Shown here: piece after piece, positions 18,222 to 26,274 of the stretch
Numbering within the stretch: the stretch's first letter is position 1
Layout: each line of letters starts with the position of its first letter
Assembly: GCA_902788995.1 (NCBI GenBank)
Contig: CADAMO010000001.1
Location: forward strand, 8,746 to 72,745
Reading direction: 5' to 3'
DNA: 64,000 nucleotides
Origin: Oscillospiraceae bacterium
Lineage (GTDB): Bacteria > Bacillota > Clostridia > Oscillospirales > Acutalibacteraceae
Made by a program: the position numbers and the translations under genes
The notes under the pieces: generated by a model
The model's database searches: none
Told to the model about the DNA's origin: nothing
What the model saw: only the letters and a program-made list of their open reading frames with translations

Positions 18222-19172
18222 ATGAAAATTGGAAAAATTCTTCCTAGACCTGTGAAAAACGTAATTTTGAATGTTGCCCGTTTCCCTGAAAGGACAAAGT
18301 GGCAAATATATCGCGCTGCATCATTGGGAAAAATCCCATTCCCCGATAAAGCGTTTCAGAAATGGGATTATCATGTTCACAGTGGCAGAAAACTGTCATT
18401 TCGCAATCCGCAGACATTTTGTGAAAAGCTCCAATGGTTGAAGTATTATTACCGCAATCAGGAATATACCAGATTGGTTGATAAATATGCTGTTCGCGAA
18501 TATGTGAAAGAAAAAATCGGCGAAGAATATCTGGTTCCGCTCTACGGCGTATATGAAAAGTGGGAAGATATTGATTTTGATCAGCTTCCCGATCGGTTTG
18601 TTTTGAAGTGTACCCACGATTCCGGCAGCGTTGTGATCTGTAAAGATAAAACGACATTTGATTATAAGGCGGCAAAAGAAAAAATTCAGTTCTGTATGTC
18701 TCGGAATCAGTTTTATCTCAGCCGTGAATGGCCTTATAAAAATGTGAAGCCGAGAATTATCTGTGAAAAGTATTTGGATGGAGATCCGGAATTAGGACTT
18801 ATAGATTACAAATGCTATCTTTTTGATGGCAACTTTAAGTTCTTGGCGACTTGCTCAAATCGTTTTAGTGGAACCGGGTTGCATGTTACTTACTTTGATT
18901 ATAACTGGAACCGGGTCGCTGTGCATATGATCGGAGAGATAGAAGAACCTGCTGATTTAAGTAAACCGATACAATTGGAACAAATGATTGTTTTAGCTGA
19001 AAAGCTATCTTTTTCAATTCCCTTTGTTCGAGTGGATTTTGTGATCAGTAATAACGACCTGTTTTTTTCTGAATTAACCTTTTTTGATTCCGGAGGTAGA
19101 AAGCCTTTTATTCCAGATAGTTTTGAAAGAAAAATCGGCGAATGGATCAAACTTCCTCCCAAAATGAGATAA
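18222..19172 (+). CDS. ATP-grasp fold amidoligase (TupA-like)
   Basis: AGGAG at 18211-18215 lies 6 nt before ATG 18222. FVLKCTHDSGSVVICKDK, KPRIICEKYL, DYKCYLFDGNFKFL and VRVDFVISNNDLFFSELTF match my recollection of TupA-like ATP-grasp proteins. Confidence 0.7.
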   Translation: MKIGKILPRPVKNVILNVARFPERTKWQIYRAASLGKIPFPDKAFQKWDYHVHSGRKLSFRNPQTFCEKLQWLKYYYRNQEYTRLVDKYAVREYVKEKIGEEYLVPLYGVYEKWEDIDFDQLPDRFVLKCTHDSGSVVICKDKTTFDYKAAKEKIQFCMSRNQFYLSREWPYKNVKPRIICEKYLDGDPELGLIDYKCYLFDGNFKFLATCSNRFSGTGLHVTYFDYNWNRVAVHMIGEIEEPADLSKPIQLEQMIVLAEKLSFSIPFVRVDFVISNNDLFFSELTFFDSGGRKPFIPDSFERKIGEWIKLPPKMR

Positions 19173-19173
19173 T

Positions 19174-19722
19174 ATGCTCAACACGTTTTTCTGGTACGTC
19201 TACCGGCTGCCATTGTCTGTCGTATGGTGTCTGATCGCCTTTGCCGTCATTGTCTGGGCGCTGTTGATGCGGTGGCTTTCGGGGCGGCATCCCCGCGTGG
19301 CAAAATACGGCAACCTGGCGTTGGTTGTCGTGGCGCTGGGGGGAATCCTGTATATCACCGTCCTGCGAAACAACCCCGGCAAACAGGGGTTGATCCTGCA
19401 GCCGTTTCAATCGTTCATTGAGGCAAAACAGCAGAAGGAAATGTACCGTGAGATGCTGATGAACGTGCTGCTGTTCGTCCCCTTCGGGCTCACGGTCCCC
19501 TTTGCGCTGACGCCGGTGAAGGATGCCGTTTTTCAACGGAACACTCGCTATGCCGTGATCGTTCTGCTGATCACCATTGCGCTTTCCGTCAGTATCGAAG
19601 CGGTTCAGTACCATTATGCCCTCGGCCGATGCGAGACGGACGACGTGCTGTGTAATACGCTGGGCGCGCTGTTCGGCGTGTGCGCCTATCTGTTGCAATT
19701 CCCGAAAAGACAAAAACCATAA
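19174..19722 (+). CDS. VanZ family membrane protein
   Basis: LLFVPFGL..SIEAVQYHYALGRCETDDVLCNTLGALFG, VanZ-like motif and size. Confidence 0.8.
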   Translation: MLNTFFWYVYRLPLSVVWCLIAFAVIVWALLMRWLSGRHPRVAKYGNLALVVVALGGILYITVLRNNPGKQGLILQPFQSFIEAKQQKEMYREMLMNVLLFVPFGLTVPFALTPVKDAVFQRNTRYAVIVLLITIALSVSIEAVQYHYALGRCETDDVLCNTLGALFGVCAYLLQFPKRQKP

Positions 19723-19763
19723 CGCAGAAACCGGATACTCTCCGGTTTCGTTTGATCTGACCG

Positions 19764-21434
19764 ATGAACAACGACGCTTCCAAAAAGAGAATTCTCCGGA
19801 TCGTTTCGGGTTGTGCCGCCCTTCTTTTGATGGGCGTCATCTTCTTTTTCTCTGCCCAGCCCGGCGAGGACTCGGATGAAGTGAGCACCGGCCTGCTGTC
19901 GCTCCTCTTCGGGCAGGGGCTGGATTTCGCGTTGCTGTGGAACGCCCTGGCCCGCAAGGTGGCGCACGTGCTGGAGTTCGGCGCGCTGGCGGCGCCCGTC
20001 GCGATCTTTTTCGGCACGTTCCGGCTGCGTCGCGTGGAGGCGTTTTGTTGGCCGGTTGCGTTCTGTGTGCTGTATGCGATCAGCGACGAGCTGCACCAGC
20101 TCTTCGTGGAGGGCCGCTCCTGCGAGGCGGCGGACGTGCTGGTGGACTCCTTCGGCGTGCTGCTGTCTGTCGCTGTGGTGCGGTTATTGGCGCGTCTTTA
20201 TGAACGCAGAAAAAAAACGAAACCGATAGAGCGAACCGACTTTGCGCTGGATGATGCTTCAGAGCTGGTACTGGACGCCTTTTCGGCGTTCGTCTGCGGG
20301 AAACCGGCTGCCCATGCGCCGACGGAGGCTCAGGCGGAGGCGTTTGTGGCGGTCTCCTTTGCTCAAAAAATCCTGCCGATGACGGCAGAGGCGGTGCTTT
20401 CCTCCGGAGAGACGATGGCCCCGGCCTTGCGATCTCGGCTGAAGCTGGAGGCGGCCGCTCAGGCGGCGGGGCAGATCCGCCGGACGGAGCCGTTCCTTCG
20501 TGCCTATCGCGCCATGACGCAGGCGGGGGCGCAGCCGCTCTGCGTGAAGGGGGCTGCGTGCCGCGCCCTCTATCCGAAGCCGGAGCTGCGGATCTCGGCC
20601 GATGAGGACCTGCTGGTCCGGGAGGAAGACTTTGACTGCTGCGCCGGTGCGCTGCGTGATCTGGGGTTCGTCTCCATGGGGGCAGGGGAGGACTATGAGG
20701 TGACCTTCCGCCACCGGGAAAGCGGCGCCGTGATTGAATTGCACCGTTCACTGTTCCCGGAGGACGGCGGCGTTTACAGCCGCTTCAATACGCTGCTGGG
20801 CGATCTGTTCGACGGAACGGAAACCGTAGCGGTGGAGGGTGTTCCGGTGTTGTGCCCCGCAGCGGAAAAACACGTGCTCTATCTGATCCTTCACACCTTC
20901 AAGCACTTTCTGGTGGCAGGCGTGGGCGTGCGGCAGCTGGCGGATATCGCCCTGTTCGCACAGGCCCATCCGGTCGACTGGCAGACGGTCTTTGATAAAT
21001 GCGCGTCGGTGCGGCTGGAGGGCTTCCTCAGCGCCGTGCTCTGCGTCGGAATCGAGCGGTTCGGTCTTGACGCTGCGCGGATTAACGCCCCGCGGTTTGA
21101 TGCGCATGCGGATACGGAACCCCTGCTGCGGGATGTGATGAGCGGCGGCATTTACGGCGAACGGAACGAGGATCACCGCCGGGCTGGCCATCTGACCTTC
21201 CGCCGGTACAGCGACGCGCTTTCCGGGAAACGAACCGGGTTCCGAAGGGCGCTGTTCCCTCCCAAAGAGTCGATCCGGCGGAAATATCCTTTCGCCGCCA
21301 AACACGGGTTCCTTCTGCCCGCCGCCTATCTGGCGCGGTTGTGCCGGTATATCTTCACCCGCCATGACGCGGATAAAACCTTGTCAGATGCCCGTCAGCG
21401 CAGCGACCTCATGCGCCGGTACGGGATTTTTTGA
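19764..21434 (+). CDS. VanZ-like domain fused to an uncharacterised nucleotidyltransferase (NTP_transf_5-like) domain
   Basis: N-terminus has KVAHVLEFGAL..ISDELHQLFVEGRSCEAADVLVDSFG (VanZ). C-terminus has CVKGAACRALYPKPELRISADEDLLV..IELHRSLFP, typical of the uncharacterised nucleotidyltransferase family. Confidence 0.7.
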   Translation: MNNDASKKRILRIVSGCAALLLMGVIFFFSAQPGEDSDEVSTGLLSLLFGQGLDFALLWNALARKVAHVLEFGALAAPVAIFFGTFRLRRVEAFCWPVAFCVLYAISDELHQLFVEGRSCEAADVLVDSFGVLLSVAVVRLLARLYERRKKTKPIERTDFALDDASELVLDAFSAFVCGKPAAHAPTEAQAEAFVAVSFAQKILPMTAEAVLSSGETMAPALRSRLKLEAAAQAAGQIRRTEPFLRAYRAMTQAGAQPLCVKGAACRALYPKPELRISADEDLLVREEDFDCCAGALRDLGFVSMGAGEDYEVTFRHRESGAVIELHRSLFPEDGGVYSRFNTLLGDLFDGTETVAVEGVPVLCPAAEKHVLYLILHTFKHFLVAGVGVRQLADIALFAQAHPVDWQTVFDKCASVRLEGFLSAVLCVGIERFGLDAARINAPRFDAHADTEPLLRDVMSGGIYGERNEDHRRAGHLTFRRYSDALSGKRTGFRRALFPPKESIRRKYPFAAKHGFLLPAAYLARLCRYIFTRHDADKTLSDARQRSDLMRRYGIF

Positions 21435-21457
21435 AACGAATCCAATTTGTTGTTCAA

Positions 21458-21492
21458 CGCCGGGGACGGCCTCCGTCCGCCGGTGTTTTTGT
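21458..21492 (+). terminator. Intrinsic terminator ending the glycopolymer locus
   Basis: CGCCGGGGACGG/CCGTCC(G)CCGGTG stem (about 12 bp with one bulge) followed by TTTTTGTT, 24 nt after the stop at 21434. Confidence 0.7.
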
Positions 21493-21573
21493 TGATAGAG
21501 GAGAATGAAAATCTATTTTCATGAAAAATATCCGCCGCATGAATTGTGTTATGGGTGAAGGGAGGTCGAAGAG

Positions 21574-22044
21574 ATGTACGATTCCGGTACCGATGAATAT
21601 ATCAGCAACCTCGTGCGAAAATACTCTCCCGCGCTGCTGCGGGCGGCGTTCTCCGTCCTGCGGAACACCGCCGACGCGCAGGATGCGGCGCAGGAAGCCT
21701 TTTTGCGGCTGTTGCAGAAGCGGCCTGCCTTCAACGACGCGGAGCACGAAAAGGCGTGGCTGATCCGGGTGACGGTGAACGTGGCGAAAAACATGCTGAA
21801 AGCCGCCTCCCATACGGAGCCCCTCGAGGAAAACACGGCTTTCGTGTATGAGGAATACTCCGAGACCCTCAACGCCGTTCTGTCGCTTCCGCTGAAATAC
21901 CGTACGGTTCTTCATCTGTATTATTACGAGGGATACTCCATCAAAGAGATCGCCGCGATTCTGGAGATCCCAAGCGCCACGGTGGGCACGATTCTGGCCC
22001 GCGGGCGCGAAAAGCTCAGAGCGACGCTGCAAGACCAATTCTGA
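21574..22044 (+). CDS. ECF-type RNA polymerase sigma-70 family factor
   Basis: Region 2 (DAQDAAQEAFLRL..EKAWLIRVTVNVAKN) and region 4 (YYEGYSIKEIAAILEIPSATVGTILARGREKL). GGGAGG lies 8 nt upstream of the ATG. Confidence 0.88.
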   Translation: MYDSGTDEYISNLVRKYSPALLRAAFSVLRNTADAQDAAQEAFLRLLQKRPAFNDAEHEKAWLIRVTVNVAKNMLKAASHTEPLEENTAFVYEEYSETLNAVLSLPLKYRTVLHLYYYEGYSIKEIAAILEIPSATVGTILARGREKLRATLQDQF

Positions 22045-22099
22045 AAGGCGGCCCTTCCTTCGATTTCAGGGCGGGCCGCGTGAAAGGAGAGAATGAAAG

Positions 22100-23050
22100 T
22101 TGAGTTTACAGAGACAGTACAAGATCGAAATGGATCACGTTTCATTCGACGCAGATTTTGACAGAAAGACGATCGGGCTTTTACAAGAGGCGGCGAAGAA
22201 AAAGGAGCGTGTCAACATGAAACAACACAGACTGATCAAAATACTCGCTGCGGCCGCGGCGCTGGTCGTCTTTGCCGCGTCGGCCTTTGCGCTGGCAAAA
22301 CTTGTGATCCCGCAGGAGCTGTTCCGCGGGATGGAAGTGGAGCTGGAATCGCTGCAGGCGGTGGTGGACGTGGAAAACGCCGACGCGGATTCCGTCAGGA
22401 CCATGCACAAGACCTTTTCCAACGACGATTTCAGCATGACCTTTGAGGCCATCGCCAAGGGCAAAGCGCTGCGTTCCGTGTGGCATTTTGAACGCGGCAA
22501 TTCAGAGCAGACGGCGCATTCCGTCGACGACATCCTGAACAGCGCTCTCAATCAAGAGCCGGAGCAAAAGGCGGTTGATTCTCTCTACGCTATTTTCACC
22601 GTTCGCCGCAACGACGGGGGCGTGGTGCTGTACGCTGAGGACGGCAAGGGCCTGACCGGGGCCGACCTGGGCTACTGCCTGCTGATCAAGGGCTACTATC
22701 CCAACCCCAACATGCTGTTCGACGAGACCCATCGGGATATCGGCACCTATGAGGAGGGCGACGTGCTGTACGTGGCCTGCGACATCACCAACGCCGCCGC
22801 CTTTGCGGATCAGGAGCTGTCCATCGCGTTTACCAACACCATGGTTCCCAGCATCGACATTCTGGCCATGACGCCGGACGGCGAATTCTATTACAAGGAC
22901 GGCTACGATGGCGTGCCCGGCCTCTATGACTTCGATCTGGACGATTCGCTGGCCGACCCGGTCAGGGCGGCGGAGCTGAAATCCCACGGCACCTTCCACA
23001 CCTATGAGGAATTCCAGTCGCTGATGGCGGAGGAAGACGCCGCGCCGTAA
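22100..23050 (+). CDS. Putative anti-sigma factor / single-pass membrane protein
   Basis: Follows the ECF sigma gene. Short cytoplasmic N-terminus, one TM (LIKILAAAAALVVFAASAFALAKLV), and an extracytoplasmic domain. TTG start is uncertain (ATG at 22130 also possible). Confidence 0.5.
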   Translation: MSLQRQYKIEMDHVSFDADFDRKTIGLLQEAAKKKERVNMKQHRLIKILAAAAALVVFAASAFALAKLVIPQELFRGMEVELESLQAVVDVENADADSVRTMHKTFSNDDFSMTFEAIAKGKALRSVWHFERGNSEQTAHSVDDILNSALNQEPEQKAVDSLYAIFTVRRNDGGVVLYAEDGKGLTGADLGYCLLIKGYYPNPNMLFDETHRDIGTYEEGDVLYVACDITNAAAFADQELSIAFTNTMVPSIDILAMTPDGEFYYKDGYDGVPGLYDFDLDDSLADPVRAAELKSHGTFHTYEEFQSLMAEEDAAP

Positions 23051-23316
23051 GCGTTGGTTTTTCTGAAAAAACGTTCCCCGGGGCGGATCGAACGATCCGT
23101 TCCGGGGAAATCCGTCCCGACAGGTCCTGTCAGCGGCGTTTGTGTTATTTGCTGAAAGGGGAGTCGTGTGAAAACCGCTCCCTCTGTCATGATCTGTTCG
23201 TTGGTTCCGTACAATCGGCGTTCGGTGTTGTCTTTTGCGATGAGCACGCCGCAGACGGCCGCCGCCGCGCAGATGATCGCCGCCGCCACGATGATAAACC
23301 GTTTGTATAGCTCCAT
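23002..23316 (-). CDS. Hypothetical small membrane-anchored protein (doubtful 3' extent)
   Basis: Good SD (AAGGAGG 7 nt before the ATG) and an N-terminal TM (FIIVAAAIICAAAAVCGVLIA). The reading frame runs through the terminator hairpin at 23074-23109 and overlaps the convergent gene by 49 nt. Confidence 0.35.
   Translation of the reverse strand: MELYKRFIIVAAAIICAAAAVCGVLIAKDNTERRLYGTNEQIMTEGAVFTRLPFQQITQTPLTGPVGTDFPGTDRSIRPGERFFRKTNAYGAASSSAISDWNSS
23066..23109 (-). terminator. Minus-strand intrinsic terminator
   Basis: 17-bp stem TTCCCCGGGGCGGATCG/CGATCCGTTCCGGGGAA (two G-U pairs). On the minus strand it is followed by CGUUUUUU (plus-strand A-run 23066-23071). Confidence 0.6.
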
Positions 23317-23501
23317 TGCCGGTCCTCCTTTCGGATCTCCATGAAAAATGGCGGGCTGCCGCTATTTGGATTTGCCGGGGGCGTTTGGCAGCACGGCGCA
23401 TTGCGCCGTCTGGTGTGTGCCTTTCGATCTTGCGCCAATTATTTGTCGAAAACCGGGTTGTTCTCATTACCGGAATGTTGCATTATTGCCTGGCCGCCTG
23501 A

Positions 23502-23568
23502 CGGTGCGGGTCTCCAGTGGAGACCTCTGCCGAAGGCAGAAGCACCGACCGAGCCGGCAGGCGAGACC
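23502..23568 (+). repeat. Conserved structured element R1, copy A
   Basis: 63-nt core (23506-23568) is 59/63 identical to 28138-28200. It contains hairpins GGTCTC-CAGTG-GAGACC, TCTGCC-GAA-GGCAGA and GCC-GGCA-GGC, plus an enclosing helix CGGTGC (23502-07) / GCACCG (23542-47). Confidence 0.7.
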
Positions 23569-23690
23569 GTAATGCGCCGTTCTATGAAAAGCAACATTTG
23601 CGCCATAAACGCAGCAGAGGCTGCGTGCTACGGCATCTCACCCCAATTTGCCCATTTGATCCCCTCATCCTCCGTCATCAACCGCCATTG

Positions 23691-24767
23691 TTATTGTTTC
23701 TCCGCTGCCTTCACGCAGTCCGCCAGCACGTCGCCCATCAGGCGGGCGGAATAGATCGCCTCTTCCAGCGTGTTCACCTCGGTGCCGATCTCCAGCAGAA
23801 CCGAATTTTCCGTCAGGTCCATGTTGTACCGTCGGGGACAGAAGAAGACCGGCTTCATCAGTCCCGTGTATTTCTCCTGCGCCGTCTGCTGCAAATGCAG
23901 CGCAAAGCGCAGGTTTTCTTCCCAATGGGGAAATTCGATCCCGTCTTCCTCCGCTCCGGTGATGATCATGATCTGCGCGGCCTTTTTGCCGCCGATCAGG
24001 GCGGTGGGCTTCACGTGACGCCCCTTTTCCTTGAAGGCGTCCCGGTGCACGTCGACGGTGATCTGCAGGGTGGGGTTTTCCTTCAGGTACCGCTGCGCCG
24101 CCGCGCGGGAGCGGGCGTAGGCCCCCTCGTATTCGTCGTCGTAGACGGTACGGTCGTGGATCACCCCCACGCCCCGCTGTTCCAGCACCGCGCAGAGCTC
24201 GTCGCCGATCCGCAGCACGTTCCGGTCCTCTTCCCCCGTATGGGTCGGCTGCTCCGGGTAATAGCGTCCGTCGCCGTTGAGGGCGTAGCTTTCGGAGGTG
24301 TGGGTATGATAGATCAGCACCGTCGGGGCGGCGGCGTTCTCCACCGTCAGCGTCGGGCCCGCCTTCAGCAGTGCGTCAAAGTCCGGCGACAGGCTCTCCG
24401 TCGCGTTGCGGATCGCCACGTTTCCGGTCACGTCGGTGGCGTCGTCGGTGACGAAAAACGTCTCCAGAAGGGCGTCCTCTCCCTGCTCCGGCGAAAAGCG
24501 CTCCGCAAATTGCGCCCGCAGGGCCGCCACGTCCGCCGGCGTGCGGGCCAGCTGAGCCAATTCAACAGAGTCGCCGCTCTTTTCCTGAGCAGCATCCTCC
24601 GGCGTGGCTTCCGGTCCCTGTCCGTCCTGCTCCGCCTGCCGCGCCGCGTCGGCCGCCCCCCGCGTTTTCGCGCTGCCGCCGGCGCGGATCATGATCGTCA
24701 GCGTCAGCAGCAGGCACAAAGCCGCCGCCAGCAGCCGCCGCAGGTCCCCCGCATCGTGATATCGCAT
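23691..24767 (-). CDS. spoIIP: Stage II sporulation protein P
   Basis: N-terminal anchor, VLIYHTHTSESY motif, and the conserved position downstream of gpr. Confidence 0.85.
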   Translation of the reverse strand: MRYHDAGDLRRLLAAALCLLLTLTIMIRAGGSAKTRGAADAARQAEQDGQGPEATPEDAAQEKSGDSVELAQLARTPADVAALRAQFAERFSPEQGEDALLETFFVTDDATDVTGNVAIRNATESLSPDFDALLKAGPTLTVENAAAPTVLIYHTHTSESYALNGDGRYYPEQPTHTGEEDRNVLRIGDELCAVLEQRGVGVIHDRTVYDDEYEGAYARSRAAAQRYLKENPTLQITVDVHRDAFKEKGRHVKPTALIGGKKAAQIMIITGAEEDGIEFPHWEENLRFALHLQQTAQEKYTGLMKPVFFCPRRYNMDLTENSVLLEIGTEVNTLEEAIYSARLMGDVLADCVKAAEKQ

Positions 24768-24820
24768 TCTGCCGCCACCTCCGGAACAGTATATGCCCGT
24801 CCGGCGGGATTCATGCGCCG

Positions 24821-25696
24821 CTACATCAGCGAGACGATCTCTTCCCGCGTCAGCGCCTTTTGCAGCACGCAGTTGAGGGAGAGGGCGATGAATCTGGCGG
24901 CGGAATCGGTGATCATGTCCGTGTCCCGGGGCGTCACCATCATCCCGGCGTATTCCGCCGGCGGGTCGGCGCAGTCCTCATAGGCCCCCAGCACGTCGTG
25001 GGCAAGGCTCACCGCGTCCACCACCGTCGGCACCCCCACGGCGATCACCGGCACCCCCAGCGTCTCCTTCGTCAGCGCTCTGCGGCTGTTGCCCACGCCG
25101 GAACCGGGCTGTATGCCCGTGTCGCAGAGCTGCACGGTTTTCGCCAGCCGCGTCACGCTGCCGGCGGCCAGCGCGTCCACGGCGATCACCGCCGCGGGAC
25201 GGACCTGCCGGACGATCCCGGCGATCATCTCCGAGGTCTCGATCCCCGTTCGGCCCGCCACCCCCGGCGTCAGCACGCTGACGGACCGCAGCTTCTGCAG
25301 GCCCAGCTCCGCCTTCGTCTCCTCCGGCAGGTGGCGCGTTGCGATCACCATCCCCGCGCAGGCGGGGCCGAGGGCGTCTGGGGTGATGGCGGTGTTGCCC
25401 AGACCCGCCACCAGAATGTCTCCCTCCGGCGGCACCAGTTGTTCCAGCGCGCCGCACAGGGCCTCTATCCGGCCGTCCGACAGGGCTGCGGCGTCGGGGA
25501 ATCCCTTCGTCTCCAGCGTGATATACCGCCCCACCGGCTTGCCGATGGTCTCGGCCCCCTCCTGATCGAGCACGTCGATCACCGTTGTCACGCAGCCGTC
25601 GGTCTCGCTGCGGTTCATGGCAACGCCGGGGATCTCGCCCTCCCGGCACATCTCTCGCCGTTCCAGCGCCAGATCGGTTCGTATCATCATTTTCAC
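24821..25696 (-). CDS. gpr: Germination protease (GPR endopeptidase)
   Basis: IRTDLALERREM N-terminus, GLGN..TPDALGP motif, and the rpsT-divergent gpr-spoIIP synteny known from Bacillus and Clostridium. Confidence 0.9.
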   Translation of the reverse strand: MKMMIRTDLALERREMCREGEIPGVAMNRSETDGCVTTVIDVLDQEGAETIGKPVGRYITLETKGFPDAAALSDGRIEALCGALEQLVPPEGDILVAGLGNTAITPDALGPACAGMVIATRHLPEETKAELGLQKLRSVSVLTPGVAGRTGIETSEMIAGIVRQVRPAAVIAVDALAAGSVTRLAKTVQLCDTGIQPGSGVGNSRRALTKETLGVPVIAVGVPTVVDAVSLAHDVLGAYEDCADPPAEYAGMMVTPRDTDMITDSAARFIALSLNCVLQKALTREEIVSLM

Positions 25697-25837
25697 CCGC
25701 TTTGCTTTGTTTCGGCACTCCGCGCGCCCCTATCGGCGCGGTCATGCTTTAACGGCAGTATTGACGCTTTTGCGGCGGGCAAAACAGAAAAACGGCGCGG
25801 CGGGACGGAAAAACAAATCAATTTTTCAAAAAAAGTG

Positions 25838-25866
25838 TTGCAATTGCGCGGGCTTTATGCTATGAT
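25838..25866 (+). promoter_or_regulatory. Sigma-A type promoter of rpsT
   Basis: TTGCAA (25838-43), 17-nt spacer, TATGAT (25861-66). Confidence 0.6.
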
Positions 25867-25896
25867 TGATTCCTAAAGAAGGAGGTGTCAGGAACT

Positions 25897-26160
25897 ATGC
25901 CCAATATTAAGTCCGCAAAAAAACGCGTACTTGTCAACAAGACGAAGGCCGCCCGCAATAAGTCGGCGAACTCCGCTCTGAAGACCGCGATCAAGAAGGC
26001 CAACGTCGCCATCGAGACCAACGCCGCCGATAAAGAGGCTGTTGTGAAGGCTGCTTGCAAAAAGATCGACCAGGCTGCCGCCAAGGGTCTGATCCACAAG
26101 AACAACGCGGCCCGCAAAAAGTCTGCCCTTGCCGTCAGACTTAACAAGACCAACGCATAA
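25897..26160 (+). CDS. rpsT: 30S ribosomal protein S20
   Basis: MPNIKSAKKRVLVNKTKAARNKS.. GGAGG at 25881-85. The listed GTG start at 25885 is less likely. Confidence 0.93.
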   Translation: MPNIKSAKKRVLVNKTKAARNKSANSALKTAIKKANVAIETNAADKEAVVKAACKKIDQAAAKGLIHKNNAARKKSALAVRLNKTNA

Positions 26161-26215
26161 TCAACCGGCGCAAACGCAGACGTGCCCCTGACCCCGGCAT
26201 CGTTCCGCAGCCATT

Positions 26216-26254
26216 CGGTAAACGGACCGTGTTCAACCGTTTACCGGTACTTTT
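26216..26254 (+). terminator. rpsT intrinsic terminator
   Basis: 10-bp stem CGGTAAACGG/CCGTTTACCG with an 11-nt loop, followed by GTACTTTT. Confidence 0.6.
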
Positions 26255-26274
26255 GAAAGGACGGTATATTATCA

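Noticed and set aside
25697-25837. A forespore sigma-F/G type promoter for gpr.
   Set aside because: I expected one from Bacillus biology, but I could not locate a convincing GHATR-N17/18-CATNNTA match by eye, so no feature is reported.
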